From Anaerolinea thermophila (GTDB lineage: Bacteria > Chloroflexota > Anaerolineae > Anaerolineales > UBA4823): a DNA stretch of 40,387 nt. The notes beneath the pieces were generated by a model that worked only from the letters and a program-made list of their open reading frames with translations, was not told where the DNA came from and made no database searches. Of this stretch, positions 25,476 to 35,678 are shown in pieces. The stretch lies in assembly GCA_020724505.1 (NCBI GenBank), contig DYGV01000002.1:29619-70005 (forward strand), given 5' to 3'. How positions within the stretch are numbered: the first letter of the stretch is position 1; each line of letters begins with the position of its first letter. Both the position numbers and the translations under genes were made by a program.

Positions 25476-27217
25476 CGTGTGACTCCTGTAGCGCCTAACT
25501 GCTTCCAAAACTGGATCCATGTGGGAGGAATGGAGACCAATACCGGGAACAATGCACCACGACCCGCAGAGGGAGCGGCGAGGAATACACGCGGAGGCAG
25601 GCGCGAAGTAGTCTCAGCATTCTTGCGTGCTTCACTTTCCGGCACACCCAGTGAACGATAGAAGGCAAAAGCCTCATCAGGTCCAAGCCGACCGATGAAC
25701 GCGGTGGATGCCAGACTCAACGAAGTAGGATTCTTCATCAGATCGGCAGGCAGGTGCGTGATGAGGGTGACGCCGACGCCACGCTTGCGCGCCCGCCTGC
25801 CTAATTCATCCAGCAGATCGGTGAAAGGACCACTGCGCAACAAACGCCAACCTTCATCAATGAAGATGTCCATCGGCTGTTTGCCGACCGTGACCGCATG
25901 ATAGAGAAACCATGCCAATATCGAATGAACAATGGCGCGGTTCTCTTCGCGCAGGGAGGAGAGATCGAAGTTCCACCATTGACCGGCAGGAAAGTGCGGA
26001 GAGAAAAGTGCCTTGGGTCTATCGAAGAACCCCTCGAATAATCCACCGCGCATGAAGGGTCTGAGCAGCGCCAATGGCATGGCGGCTTCGGGTGCATTGA
26101 TCGTTCCCAACGTCTCCACGAATTCAGCAATGGACATCGTACCGGGCCTGCGCTCCCATCTGCGCTTCACGGCTTCATGCAAGGCCGCCTGTACACCTGG
26201 TGATAAAACAGATTCACCTGCAAGAGCCGCAATAAGGAAACGCACCGCCAGCAAAAGTTCAGCAGGGTTCTCCCCTTGAAGCGGATGGATCAAACAAGTG
26301 TCTTTATCCTCTGGGATTCCTGCCGGCACAACCCTGCCGCCAACTGTATCGCAGAGTTTGTTGTTCTCGCCCTCTGGATCAATCGAGATGACCGTGCGTC
26401 CCTGTAATAATCTTTGCAGCATGATCCAACGCAAGAGACTGGTCTTGCCTGCGCCGGGTTCGCCAAGAATTAAAGTTGTCGCATGGGGTGGGGGTGGAAC
26501 AGCCGGATCAAGCCCCTTGGTAAAGGAGAAATGCACATCGCGTCCATCACGGGCATGCGTGCCAATCCAGACTGAATCATCCACAGGCAGGACCTGTCTG
26601 GAAGGTGCAGGCATGAGTGGCAGAGTCTCTTCAAGAAATAAGGTCGGCTCATCCAGTCCGGGGAAAAGTTTTCCACCTGGTTGAAAATGATGTAACGCAC
26701 GCTCGGCGATATAGAAGAGGCGTTGCGCCGTGAGACCACGAGCACGCAAATTGGATTCGATGACTCTGCGCGCGGCTTCGGCTTCCTCAAAGCGATTACG
26801 CTCCACAAAGAGCGCCGACATCAGGGCAATCTTGAAGGCTGGCTTGCCGAAGGTTAGTTCCGACTCGGCGGCATCCATCGCATGATCAGCGGATCGTTCT
26901 GCCAGTGAAGGCCTGCGACCGGTCTTCTCCGCCAGCGCCATCATGAAACCTTCGAAGAGCGTGCGGCGTGCCCGCAGGAAACCGCGTAACACATCCGGCG
27001 GTTCGCGTCGCAAAGCAAGGGAGTATATGACCGGCAGATTGGGATAGAAGACATCCGAGGTCAAACGTGACCAGGGGCGATCTGTCATACCCGGCACACC
27101 TGTGCCGCGCGCAGAGAGCGGCAAGAGATAACCACCCGGAAAGAGCAGATGATCTTCCAACACTTCCACGGCTTCGGAGGCAATCGAAGCAACAAATTGA
27201 TCTTGATGTTCAGGCAT
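25472..27217 (-). CDS. VirB4-like (HerA/FtsK superfamily) ATPase
   Basis: LILGEPGAGKT, SIDPEGE, IFIDEGW, RRARKRGVGVTLITH. Start re-called to ATG 27217. Confidence 0.82.
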   Translation of the reverse strand: MPEHQDQFVASIASEAVEVLEDHLLFPGGYLLPLSARGTGVPGMTDRPWSRLTSDVFYPNLPVIYSLALRREPPDVLRGFLRARRTLFEGFMMALAEKTGRRPSLAERSADHAMDAAESELTFGKPAFKIALMSALFVERNRFEEAEAARRVIESNLRARGLTAQRLFYIAERALHHFQPGGKLFPGLDEPTLFLEETLPLMPAPSRQVLPVDDSVWIGTHARDGRDVHFSFTKGLDPAVPPPPHATTLILGEPGAGKTSLLRWIMLQRLLQGRTVISIDPEGENNKLCDTVGGRVVPAGIPEDKDTCLIHPLQGENPAELLLAVRFLIAALAGESVLSPGVQAALHEAVKRRWERRPGTMSIAEFVETLGTINAPEAAMPLALLRPFMRGGLFEGFFDRPKALFSPHFPAGQWWNFDLSSLREENRAIVHSILAWFLYHAVTVGKQPMDIFIDEGWRLLRSGPFTDLLDELGRRARKRGVGVTLITHLPADLMKNPTSLSLASTAFIGRLGPDEAFAFYRSLGVPESEARKNAETTSRLPPRVFLAAPSAGRGALFPVLVSIPPTWIQFWKQLGATGVTR

Positions 27218-27224
27218 GGATGGC

Positions 27225-27265
27225 ATGATACAAAAAGACACGGATGGGTGGTCCGTCCGTGTCGG
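27225..27265 (-). promoter_or_regulatory. module-specific promoter motif copy A (CCGACAC-N28-TATCAT-N7-ATG)
   Basis: Same spacing as the copies at 36264-36304 and 39162-39202. Confidence 0.65.
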
Positions 27266-27406
27266 TAAAGTGTATAATCCAAGGTGGTTAATGTTTGATG
27301 GAGAATGATCCTTGCCTAATGAAGGCAAATTCTTCCGTTCAAGGATAAGCGCAAAGAATCTTGTTAGTTACAATCTATAATTAGTGGGCCATAAAGGTCA
27401 TTCATC

Positions 27407-28225
27407 ATGAGAGAAAAACCTGAACACATAAAATGGTTAGTGGACACTGGGGAGCGCATTACTACAGTGGATGGAAAAGTTGTGGCTATATGGGAATTTC
27501 AACACCAGAAAGACGAAAGGACTTTATCCGGATGGGCAAAATACTTCCGAAATCACTATTGTTTGGATGATCAGATTGATGAATTGCGTAATGGAACAGG
27601 ATACTCTCGTGCTGACTACTTACTGAATATTAAATTTCCCGATGAAAAAGATGCACCGGGTCCTAGTATTCGCGCTGGCGACTTTGGAGAAATTCTGGTT
27701 GCAGATTATGTCGAATTTGTTCTTGACTTTTGGGTGCCAAGGACTCGTTATATTGACAAAGCTGTTAGAAATGAGTCTACTAAGGGCTCAGACATTATAG
27801 GGTTTCATTTTCTCCACGATGGTGAATTTTCACCTCAAGATGTGCTCGCGATTTTTGAAGTTAAAGCTCAATTTTCGGGAAGTATGGCCAATCCAAGGCT
27901 TCAAGATGCTATCGATGGCTCTAAGAAAGACCAAATAAGAAAAAGCGAAACGCTGAACGCGATGAAACAGCGCTTTCTTGACATTAAAGATTTTCCAGCC
28001 AAAAAACGAATTGAACGATTTCAATCTGATGAAGATAACCCTTATCAAGAAATTTCAGGCGCCGTGGCACTGTTCTCGATTCAACAGTTTGATCCGGAAG
28101 TCATCCATGTGACGTCATCAGCGGATCATCCGAATAATACAAATTTAGTTTTGCTTGTTATTCGTGGTGATTGTCTGATGGAATTGGTACATGAATTATA
28201 CAGAAGAGCTACTCATGAAGCCTGA
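27407..28225 (+). CDS. hamA: Hachiman anti-phage protein HamA (DUF1837, PD-(D/E)xK nuclease)
   Basis: RAGDFGEILVADY, KGSDIIG, FEVKAQ; overlaps the downstream SF2 helicase. Confidence 0.85.
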   Translation: MREKPEHIKWLVDTGERITTVDGKVVAIWEFQHQKDERTLSGWAKYFRNHYCLDDQIDELRNGTGYSRADYLLNIKFPDEKDAPGPSIRAGDFGEILVADYVEFVLDFWVPRTRYIDKAVRNESTKGSDIIGFHFLHDGEFSPQDVLAIFEVKAQFSGSMANPRLQDAIDGSKKDQIRKSETLNAMKQRFLDIKDFPAKKRIERFQSDEDNPYQEISGAVALFSIQQFDPEVIHVTSSADHPNNTNLVLLVIRGDCLMELVHELYRRATHEA

Positions 28226-31200
28226 AGCTAGATCACAGCGTCTTCTGAGCATTACTCAATCGAAGGCAAAAATGTATGAATACAATGTGCCTTTGGAGGA
28301 TCATATTGAAATACCTACGGGTACTAACCCGGAAAGGTTGTTTCCTTTATCAATTGGTTTATTAGGTGACATTGCGGCTAGAATAAACAGTGGTGATCAA
28401 GCTGCTGAAGAGATAATCGAGTTGCGTCAAAGCATTCCGTTTTCGGCACGTTTTTTTGATGCCTTTGTTCAAACTCGCCTGAATCAAGAAATCAATACGT
28501 ATTTGCTTTTACTTGGTTCGGCTGCCTATTATCTATGTGATTTGCCTGGAAGTTCAATTCTTCTCGCTAATCGTGTTGATAATGGGCAATTAAATTTGGA
28601 TGGGTTAGGGTTGGAGAATTTATTGGATTGGTTACTTCAAGGAAATACGTCTATTCCCATACCTAAGATTTCGGCTGGTCCGTATGCATCTGCAAGTGAG
28701 ACAACCTGGTCGCAACTTCAACGATTCGCCGACTCTGGATTGCAAACACCAGAGGCCGTTGATGCAATAGGATTCCTAAGAAACATCGCCTACCGTCATG
28801 GAACGCCAAGACAATTATTATTAGCTGATTTGATTGGAGCGATTGTCAGACGTAAGATTGAGAACTCAACATGGAGTTGCCTTCCCAAATACACTGACCT
28901 TCCTGCATCAGCATGGTCTGATGCAATAAGGAAAGCAACCTTTATACGCGAATTTTGGCCAGCTCAACACATGCTGGGCGAAAAGGGTGTTTTCCGTGGA
29001 AAATCTGCCATAGTTCAAATGCCAACGAGCGCTGGAAAAACCAAGGCGACGGAAATAATTATTCGAAGTGCATTTATGGCGAACCGCACGACCCTCGCCG
29101 TTATTATTGCCCCATTTCGCGCTCTGTGTCATGAAATTAGACAAGGCTTATTGAAAGCATTTCAAGGTGAAGCAATTCAAATTGATGAATTGTCCGATGT
29201 TCTTCAGATGGACTTGTCTATCGCGAGAATATTGGTTGGCAAGGAGGTGCTCGTCGCTACACCAGAGAAGCTTAACTATGTTTTGCGGCATGAGCCTGAT
29301 CTGGCGCAGAGGATTGGGTTGATTATTTATGATGAAGGACATCAATTTGATAATGGTACAAGAGGCATTACTTATGAGCTTTTACTTACATCGCTTAAGT
29401 CAAAAATCTCCGCTAATGCTCAAACAGTGTTGATATCGGCTGTGATTAGTAATGCCGAACAAATCGGAAAGTGGCTTGTTGGGGATGGGGTTGAAGTTGT
29501 TGAAGGATTAGATCTTGTTCCGACATTTCGAACTATTGGCTTTTCAACGATCAGTGACCCAAGGAGAAATCTTTATTTTGTAAATCCGCGCGATTTGGAT
29601 GAAAGCGAATTCTGGGTTCCAAGAATTTTTACCGATTACCAACTTGAGGACGACAGGATTTTCCCTGACCTTTCAAAGGGTAGAGAAATTGCATTATTTC
29701 TGGGTTTGAAACTTTCCAATCAAGGGAGCATAGCTATCTTTTGCGGCACGAAGGATGCCGTGAATAGCATGTGTGGAACGATTGTAGATGCTTATGCAAG
29801 AGGTCTTCCATTGTCAGCACCAATAGAGTTTGCAGACAGGCCAGAAATTCAAAAATTGAAATATCTTCATGAAGTCAATCTGGGTTCTGAATCTGTTTTG
29901 ACAAAAAGCGCTGAATTGGGAATCTTAGCTCACCATAGTAGCGTACCTCATGGGGTACGTTTATCGATAGAGTATGCGGTTAAAGAACGTATGGCCAGCT
30001 TCGTTGTTTGCACTTCAACTTTGGCACAAGGGGTTAATTTACCGATTCGCTATTTGATTATTACCAGCGTGTATCAGGGGAGAGAGCAAATCAAAGTCAG
30101 AGATTTCCAAAATCTAATCGGTCGTTCGGGTCGATCCGGCATGCATACCGAAGGTAGCATTTTATTTGCAGACCCTGTAGTATACGATGAGCGAAATAGG
30201 AGAGGCTTTGGGAAGACTCGTTGGTCGAAAGTTAAAGAGCTGTTAGATCCATCACGCTCTGAACAATGTCAAAGTACTTTGTTTTCATTGTTTGAGCCTT
30301 TTGAAGTGGAAATACCAAGATTGGTGGAGATATATTTGCTAGACAAGGATGCTCAGAAAATTGCACTAGAAGAGATTGCGTCTCAATATGCGGATGACCA
30401 GTCAACCTTGGATAGGTTGATAGGTTTGTTTGCATGGAAAATTAATATCTTGTCTGCGATTGAGAGCTACCTTATGGCAAACTGGAATCCAGATCAAGCT
30501 GTTTTTCAACGGGAAGATGTAGTTTCGTTATCAAAAGGTACTTTGGCTTATTTCTTGGCAAATGATGATCAGAAAAGGCAAATTGAGGAGTTGTTCATTC
30601 TTTTGGCTCAAAATATCGAAACAAATATTCCAGAAGTCCCAAAAAGAATTGTTTTTGGTAAAACTCTTTACGGTGTTCCTGACAGCATTGCAATCTCAAA
30701 ATGGCTGGATGAACATAATTCTGAGTTAGATCCAGAGCTTGACGATCTGGAATTGTTTAACGTTCTTTGGCCCCTTTTGGCGGATTATATCCGTAATAAA
30801 AATTTTAGAAACTGCGATCAACCTGAAGTAATGAAAAATCTCGCGGTTGCATGGGTGAGAGGCGATCCATTTTATGATATTTTTCAAGCTCTCGGAACAG
30901 CAAAGTTAATTGCAAAGACAAGAAGATATAAATACAAACTCGAAAATGTGGTCGATATATGTGAAAATGGTTTAGCGTACGACGGGATCCTGGTAATGGG
31001 AGCCTTGATTGAGTTGATACCGACTTTGCAAATGGACGCTCCGGACTTAGTGATAAATTCGCTCCAACAACTGCAAAAGCGACTTAAATATGGCCTGCCA
31101 AATCGGATAGCGGTCATTCTTTACGAATTGGGTTTTGCTGATCGTGTGGTTGCAATAGACTTGAGTTTGACCTTGTCAGAAGTTTTGCCAGATAAAGATT

Positions 31201-31301
31201 TGGTGGTTCAGGCTTTGATACTTCAAAGAGAAGCAGTTTTTGCCAAGCTTAATCTATATCCATCCTACTTTAGTTATGTTTATCAAAATGTAGCAGCATA
31301 G
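28215..31301 (+). CDS. hamB: Hachiman HamB Ski2-like DEAD/DEAH helicase
   Basis: MPTSAGKT, APFRAL, TPEK, DEGH, ISA, TSTLAQGVNLP, QNLIGRSGR. Start likely at ATG 28215. Confidence 0.88.
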   Translation: MKPEARSQRLLSITQSKAKMYEYNVPLEDHIEIPTGTNPERLFPLSIGLLGDIAARINSGDQAAEEIIELRQSIPFSARFFDAFVQTRLNQEINTYLLLLGSAAYYLCDLPGSSILLANRVDNGQLNLDGLGLENLLDWLLQGNTSIPIPKISAGPYASASETTWSQLQRFADSGLQTPEAVDAIGFLRNIAYRHGTPRQLLLADLIGAIVRRKIENSTWSCLPKYTDLPASAWSDAIRKATFIREFWPAQHMLGEKGVFRGKSAIVQMPTSAGKTKATEIIIRSAFMANRTTLAVIIAPFRALCHEIRQGLLKAFQGEAIQIDELSDVLQMDLSIARILVGKEVLVATPEKLNYVLRHEPDLAQRIGLIIYDEGHQFDNGTRGITYELLLTSLKSKISANAQTVLISAVISNAEQIGKWLVGDGVEVVEGLDLVPTFRTIGFSTISDPRRNLYFVNPRDLDESEFWVPRIFTDYQLEDDRIFPDLSKGREIALFLGLKLSNQGSIAIFCGTKDAVNSMCGTIVDAYARGLPLSAPIEFADRPEIQKLKYLHEVNLGSESVLTKSAELGILAHHSSVPHGVRLSIEYAVKERMASFVVCTSTLAQGVNLPIRYLIITSVYQGREQIKVRDFQNLIGRSGRSGMHTEGSILFADPVVYDERNRRGFGKTRWSKVKELLDPSRSEQCQSTLFSLFEPFEVEIPRLVEIYLLDKDAQKIALEEIASQYADDQSTLDRLIGLFAWKINILSAIESYLMANWNPDQAVFQREDVVSLSKGTLAYFLANDDQKRQIEELFILLAQNIETNIPEVPKRIVFGKTLYGVPDSIAISKWLDEHNSELDPELDDLELFNVLWPLLADYIRNKNFRNCDQPEVMKNLAVAWVRGDPFYDIFQALGTAKLIAKTRRYKYKLENVVDICENGLAYDGILVMGALIELIPTLQMDAPDLVINSLQQLQKRLKYGLPNRIAVILYELGFADRVVAIDLSLTLSEVLPDKDLVVQALILQREAVFAKLNLYPSYFSYVYQNVAA

Positions 31302-31414
31302 AGCGATCTTTTATCCGTGCCGCCAGACGTAAATTTCGCCTCTTTCTTTACGATAATTATGTTGAGATACAACAAAAAATAGCATTATAGTAATCTCAAT
31401 TTCGGAACTAACTA

Positions 31415-31948
31415 TTATCGTCCAACGCGGTCGTAATCCAAATTCGGGTTGAGCACCCAGCGCGTCAATCCTTCAACGGCAGACTGGTCGAGATACCGAA
31501 CACGCAATCCAAAGCCGGCACACAATCCAGTAAGTCCTTCCCACCAAGCGATCCCATCATCGCCTGGTAATACAAATTCCAAAACCGTGCGACGAACAAA
31601 GGGCAGGGAATATTCCTGTATTGCAAGCAGCAGGCCCTGATGCAAAATATCCAATCCTTCTGTACCAGGCGATTTCCAATTTTGTACTTGTTTTTGAAAC
31701 TCCAATCTTGGCTCAGGATCCGGCCAGAACAATTGTAGAAGCCGTAAAGTCCAACCAGGTTGCATGGAAGCTAGAATCGCCTGATACCCCTCCTGCGGTC
31801 TTACTTCTGGTCGATCAGGATCGGCATATACTTCGGCAAACAAACGGCGCGTATCATCCTCACCGATCAAAGCCGCTTGTTTGCCGACCTGCGTAAAGCC
31901 CTTCGCCAATACAAACGTGCGCGTGGAGCCAATAGTCTGTTCCGCCAT
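31415..31948 (-). CDS. hypothetical protein (possible VirB4 N-terminal-like accessory)
   Basis: 177 aa, coupled to cpaF by TAATG; function not recognised. Confidence 0.7.
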   Translation of the reverse strand: MAEQTIGSTRTFVLAKGFTQVGKQAALIGEDDTRRLFAEVYADPDRPEVRPQEGYQAILASMQPGWTLRLLQLFWPDPEPRLEFQKQVQNWKSPGTEGLDILHQGLLLAIQEYSLPFVRRTVLEFVLPGDDGIAWWEGLTGLCAGFGLRVRYLDQSAVEGLTRWVLNPNLDYDRVGR

Positions 31949-33396
31949 TACAGAACTCCCTTGAAGATGGATTCAGGAATATTCAGGTCCGTTGCGCGAA
32001 AGCCAGGTCGCATGGGACGATTGCCGGTGGGGACCAGTCCTTTGCCCTGCTCAAATTTGAATAAGGGTGAGAACGAAGGACGCGCGGCAGTGCGTTCTAC
32101 GATGGTGGAGACTTCCACGATCTCACGCACGATCTGTCCATGCTGGGGATTACGTTCGATATATACCGCAGCCGTTATTGCTTCTGCAAATGATTGGGCA
32201 ATCTGAATTTCAGACATACGTGCCGCATCGGGATGCGCCTGCACCACCTGCAGAAAACGCGGCCAGACATGTTCGGCGCTGGTGGCATGAATCGTAAACG
32301 CCGAATGTCCATGCCCGGTCGCTGCCGCACGGATCAATTCCCAGGCTTCCGCACCACGCGCTTCCCCGATCACCACTCCATGCGGACGGGAACGCAGGGC
32401 CGAACGGATCAGGTCATACATCGTTACCGGCGGAGGACCGCCGCGAATTTCAGGGCGGGTCACCGTATAAATGATATTGCCTGTATCTGCCTTACCATCG
32501 CCATTCCAACCGTTCAAGACAATTTCGTTGCTGTCTTCCACAATAAACAAACGGATCGCACCGCGAGGATAGTAGTCCAGCATCTCCTGAAGGATGCGTT
32601 GCCCGACAAAGGTCTTGCCTGAACCCGTTGTGCCGGCGATGACCAACGTCCCACCATGTACCATCACACTCAGTAAATAGTTGGCAGCTTCGGGGGTAAG
32701 AATTCCATTGCCACGCGGAAAATCCTTTGGATCGAATTTAGGTCTCGGCACAGGCGGAAGTCTGTTCTGACACAGTAGAGCCAGACTTCCATGAGTCAAG
32801 TCGGACGCTGTTCGGTAATTGGAGACACGCAAAGTGATCGTATCCCCATAGGGTGACGCAGGCGGCATGACGTAGTTGATTCGCACGCCCTTCCTCCGTA
32901 CTGTTCCATCGACGAGTGGGACCATGACTTGCAACATCGCATCCGCAATTGGATAATCGGGAGTCGGCGCGCGTTGTCCCGCACGGTCGATCATGACTCT
33001 GAGCGCATCGCCAATTCCATCCGGCGCGGGACCAGCATGTTCCCAACCACTGCTGGTCGTATACACGTAGATATGCCCCAGGTTGATGGCAATGTCTTCA
33101 ATGTCGGATCGCGCAATGAGTTCCAACAACGGTCCCATGCCGGAGAGCTCACCGATCAAGCGCAATATGTACTCAGGCGGTAACGTAACGCCAGCATCAA
33201 TTGCTTGTGTGCTCACTTCTTCAAAGACTTTACGTGCCAGGGCTTCGATCTCCGTGGAGGTCAAACTGCGCTGTAATGATTCGATGGCTTTCTTTGCACG
33301 TCCTTCCTCGGCAAGGATATTCCACCAACGCTCCATCTCATCCGAAGAGCGAGCTTCAGTAACGGGTTTCAGGGTTTTGCCGGCAATATCAAACAT
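31948..33396 (-). CDS. cpaF: CpaF/TadA/VirB11 family secretion ATPase
   Basis: IEDIAIN, AGTTGSGKT, VEDSNE, LIRSALRSRP...IGEARGAE, TGHG...TIHA. Confidence 0.9.
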   Translation of the reverse strand: MFDIAGKTLKPVTEARSSDEMERWWNILAEEGRAKKAIESLQRSLTSTEIEALARKVFEEVSTQAIDAGVTLPPEYILRLIGELSGMGPLLELIARSDIEDIAINLGHIYVYTTSSGWEHAGPAPDGIGDALRVMIDRAGQRAPTPDYPIADAMLQVMVPLVDGTVRRKGVRINYVMPPASPYGDTITLRVSNYRTASDLTHGSLALLCQNRLPPVPRPKFDPKDFPRGNGILTPEAANYLLSVMVHGGTLVIAGTTGSGKTFVGQRILQEMLDYYPRGAIRLFIVEDSNEIVLNGWNGDGKADTGNIIYTVTRPEIRGGPPPVTMYDLIRSALRSRPHGVVIGEARGAEAWELIRAAATGHGHSAFTIHATSAEHVWPRFLQVVQAHPDAARMSEIQIAQSFAEAITAAVYIERNPQHGQIVREIVEVSTIVERTAARPSFSPLFKFEQGKGLVPTGNRPMRPGFRATDLNIPESIFKGVL

Positions 33397-33399
33397 GGC

Positions 33400-34761
33400 T
33401 CATCCTTTCCCGAACCAGCCGCGCTTTTTGGTTACGTTTGGCAACAAGCCAATGCGTGATGCGCCTTCTCGAACAGCGGGAACAAAATGAGCGGCAAATC
33501 CCAAAAGTGAATCCACAAACGGTCCAAGTTCCTCCAACTTTTCTTTTTTGTATCTCCAGACCAGGATGTCATCTCGACGATCAGAGTTCACGGCCTGTGC
33601 CGCAAGGCGCGGATCAACAATAGGCAGAATGCCATTCGGGATCAATGCCAATTCAATTTTGTCTTCACTCAAAGCTTGTTGCAGCATTTTGTGTGCCGCC
33701 TTGAAACCATCGCCCACCACCTGGTTGTAGCAGAGCTTGACACGGCTGCCCACAAATTCTTGTGCACTGCCTTTGCCAACCGCACTTGCCAATGAATTGA
33801 TCATCCTCGCGATCCAACGGCGTGTCTCTGCCAGATCAGGAATCTCCGGCTTGATGACAATCGCAATGCCTTCGGCTGCTTTCAACGCAGCACGATGTAC
33901 GACATGCGCGGGATTGATGCCCACATCCATGATGACCACTCCACCGGCTGCGACCCCGGCTTCGTATAATCCTTGAATGACTTCCGCAACTTTGCCTTCT
34001 TGTTGCAGAACTTCATCACCGAGATCATCGGTGATGAGACCAGGCAGGACTCGTAAGGTGGGCAGGTTATCCAAAGGTGTAAACGCATTGAGATAGGCTG
34101 CCCCCGATGCCACATCGGCCATCACGCCCTTGTTGGCTTTGGCGATCTCACGTCGCAACAAACCGATCATAGTCGTATTCACACGTTCCATGCGCATGTG
34201 ATATTGCAACGCGCCGGCGTTACCATCCGCGTCCACCAGATAGGTGGTGATACCACTGAGCGCTAATGCCACAGCAAGATTAACCGCTACGGTGGTCTTC
34301 CCTGTTCCACCTTTCGGGGATGTAATAGCGATCTTCCTCACCGCCATGCCAGATTGAATGCGGGCAGACATATCACTACCCAACACGGCCCGACGATACT
34401 GATCATCCGCTGCCAGGTTGCCAGCATCCGCACGGCGCATCTCTTCATATAGTTTATTGATGTCTACATCCGAAGGTGGATATGCCAAGGCTGGTACGCC
34501 AACACCATTCGCCCATGACGCCATGCCATCCCCCACACCAGCGATTACAAAGATCAACTTACCGCGCTCGGCGGCCTTGACTAGACTCTCCGGCGATACG
34601 GATGATTCGGGGGAAACCACGATCAAAGCGCGAAAGTCAAACAGGTCAATGTGCTGCGGTGTAAAGGCCGCGATCTGTGCAATAACAGAATGACCCTGCT
34701 CCGCCAGCTGCATATTTAATCGGGATGTCACTGTTCCCGCACCCAATAGCAGAACTTGCAT
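33400..34761 (-). CDS. CpaE/TadZ-like MinD/ParA ATPase with degenerate N-terminal receiver-like region
   Basis: SPKGGTGKTTVAVNLA, LVDAD, VIMDVG; located between cpaB and cpaF. Confidence 0.82.
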   Translation of the reverse strand: MQVLLLGAGTVTSRLNMQLAEQGHSVIAQIAAFTPQHIDLFDFRALIVVSPESSVSPESLVKAAERGKLIFVIAGVGDGMASWANGVGVPALAYPPSDVDINKLYEEMRRADAGNLAADDQYRRAVLGSDMSARIQSGMAVRKIAITSPKGGTGKTTVAVNLAVALALSGITTYLVDADGNAGALQYHMRMERVNTTMIGLLRREIAKANKGVMADVASGAAYLNAFTPLDNLPTLRVLPGLITDDLGDEVLQQEGKVAEVIQGLYEAGVAAGGVVIMDVGINPAHVVHRAALKAAEGIAIVIKPEIPDLAETRRWIARMINSLASAVGKGSAQEFVGSRVKLCYNQVVGDGFKAAHKMLQQALSEDKIELALIPNGILPIVDPRLAAQAVNSDRRDDILVWRYKKEKLEELGPFVDSLLGFAAHFVPAVREGASRIGLLPNVTKKRGWFGKG

Positions 34762-35678
34762 TACTGTCCTCCTCCCAAAACATCTTCGCGATCCTGCTTG
34801 AATAAGTCTTCGAAGTCCCAGTAGGTAAAGCCGGCAGACGGCATTTCATCACCGCGCGCCATCAGGGAAACGATAAGTCTGTCTCCTTGTTGAAGCGCAA
34901 GGGATAACACTTCCCGGCTTTCATTCGGCACAAGCAGGATCAACATTTGCGGCTGGTCCTGGAGATTGAAAGATGCGTTGGAGTTGCTGTCATCGGTTGA
35001 GTCAGTCTGTACGGGCAATCCCTGTACAGCAATGACACGCACACCCATCGGGAACAGGTCCTTGGCAAGCGGAGGCAGTGCGCGACTCAATGCATCAGCC
35101 TGTTCAAGATCAAGCGGTGAAGGAGGCGCCGTGGGTTCGACGTTGGTTCCCGGTTGAAGGATCAATTCCGGCATGGGGGTGGGCGTGCTCATCTGCTGCG
35201 GACGGGTGCTGATCACCACCGTCACGCCAACCAGGTCTCCGGGCAAAAATGCTTCTGCATCTGGTGACACTAGGTTCATCGCATCCAGGGGTAGGGGGAA
35301 TAAACTGTATCCAGGATATTTCGCCAGCACCGCAGAGAGTCGCGTGCCTTCCGCAGCCTGTGCCATAATCGCGGAACGAAAGATGGGTTGTCCATTGAAA
35401 ATCGGTTGGGCAACCACCCCACCGACCACACCGGTTACTTCCTCACCGGGAATATACAGACTGGCATTGTCATCCTGAAAGACAGTCTTCACTGCCAGGT
35501 CACCCGCTGTGATGACATCGCCGATATTAAGATCACGGGTTGCCGACAGAACTGAAATAGTCGGTGGTTTCTGCGCGGCACCGAGAGCGTTTAAGGCAAT
35601 GAACGCCACCAAAAAAATTCCAACCGACACACCCAGCACCACCAGGTTCACGCCGGTCGAGGCAATACGTTTCAACAT
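34761..35678 (-). CDS. cpaB: Flp pilus assembly CpaB/RcpC-like protein (SAF domain)
   Basis: N-terminal TM, VLSATRDLNIGDVITAGDL SAF domain, LPGDLVGV, GVRVIAV. Start likely at ATG 35678. Confidence 0.82.
   Translation of the reverse strand: MLKRIASTGVNLVVLGVSVGIFLVAFIALNALGAAQKPPTISVLSATRDLNIGDVITAGDLAVKTVFQDDNASLYIPGEEVTGVVGGVVAQPIFNGQPIFRSAIMAQAAEGTRLSAVLAKYPGYSLFPLPLDAMNLVSPDAEAFLPGDLVGVTVVISTRPQQMSTPTPMPELILQPGTNVEPTAPPSPLDLEQADALSRALPPLAKDLFPMGVRVIAVQGLPVQTDSTDDSNSNASFNLQDQPQMLILLVPNESREVLSLALQQGDRLIVSLMARGDEMPSAGFTYWDFEDLFKQDREDVLGGGQ

Noticed and set aside
27270-31414. Target-site duplication or IS ends around the Hachiman cassette
   Set aside because: No convincing direct or inverted terminal repeats and no transposase were found by eye.
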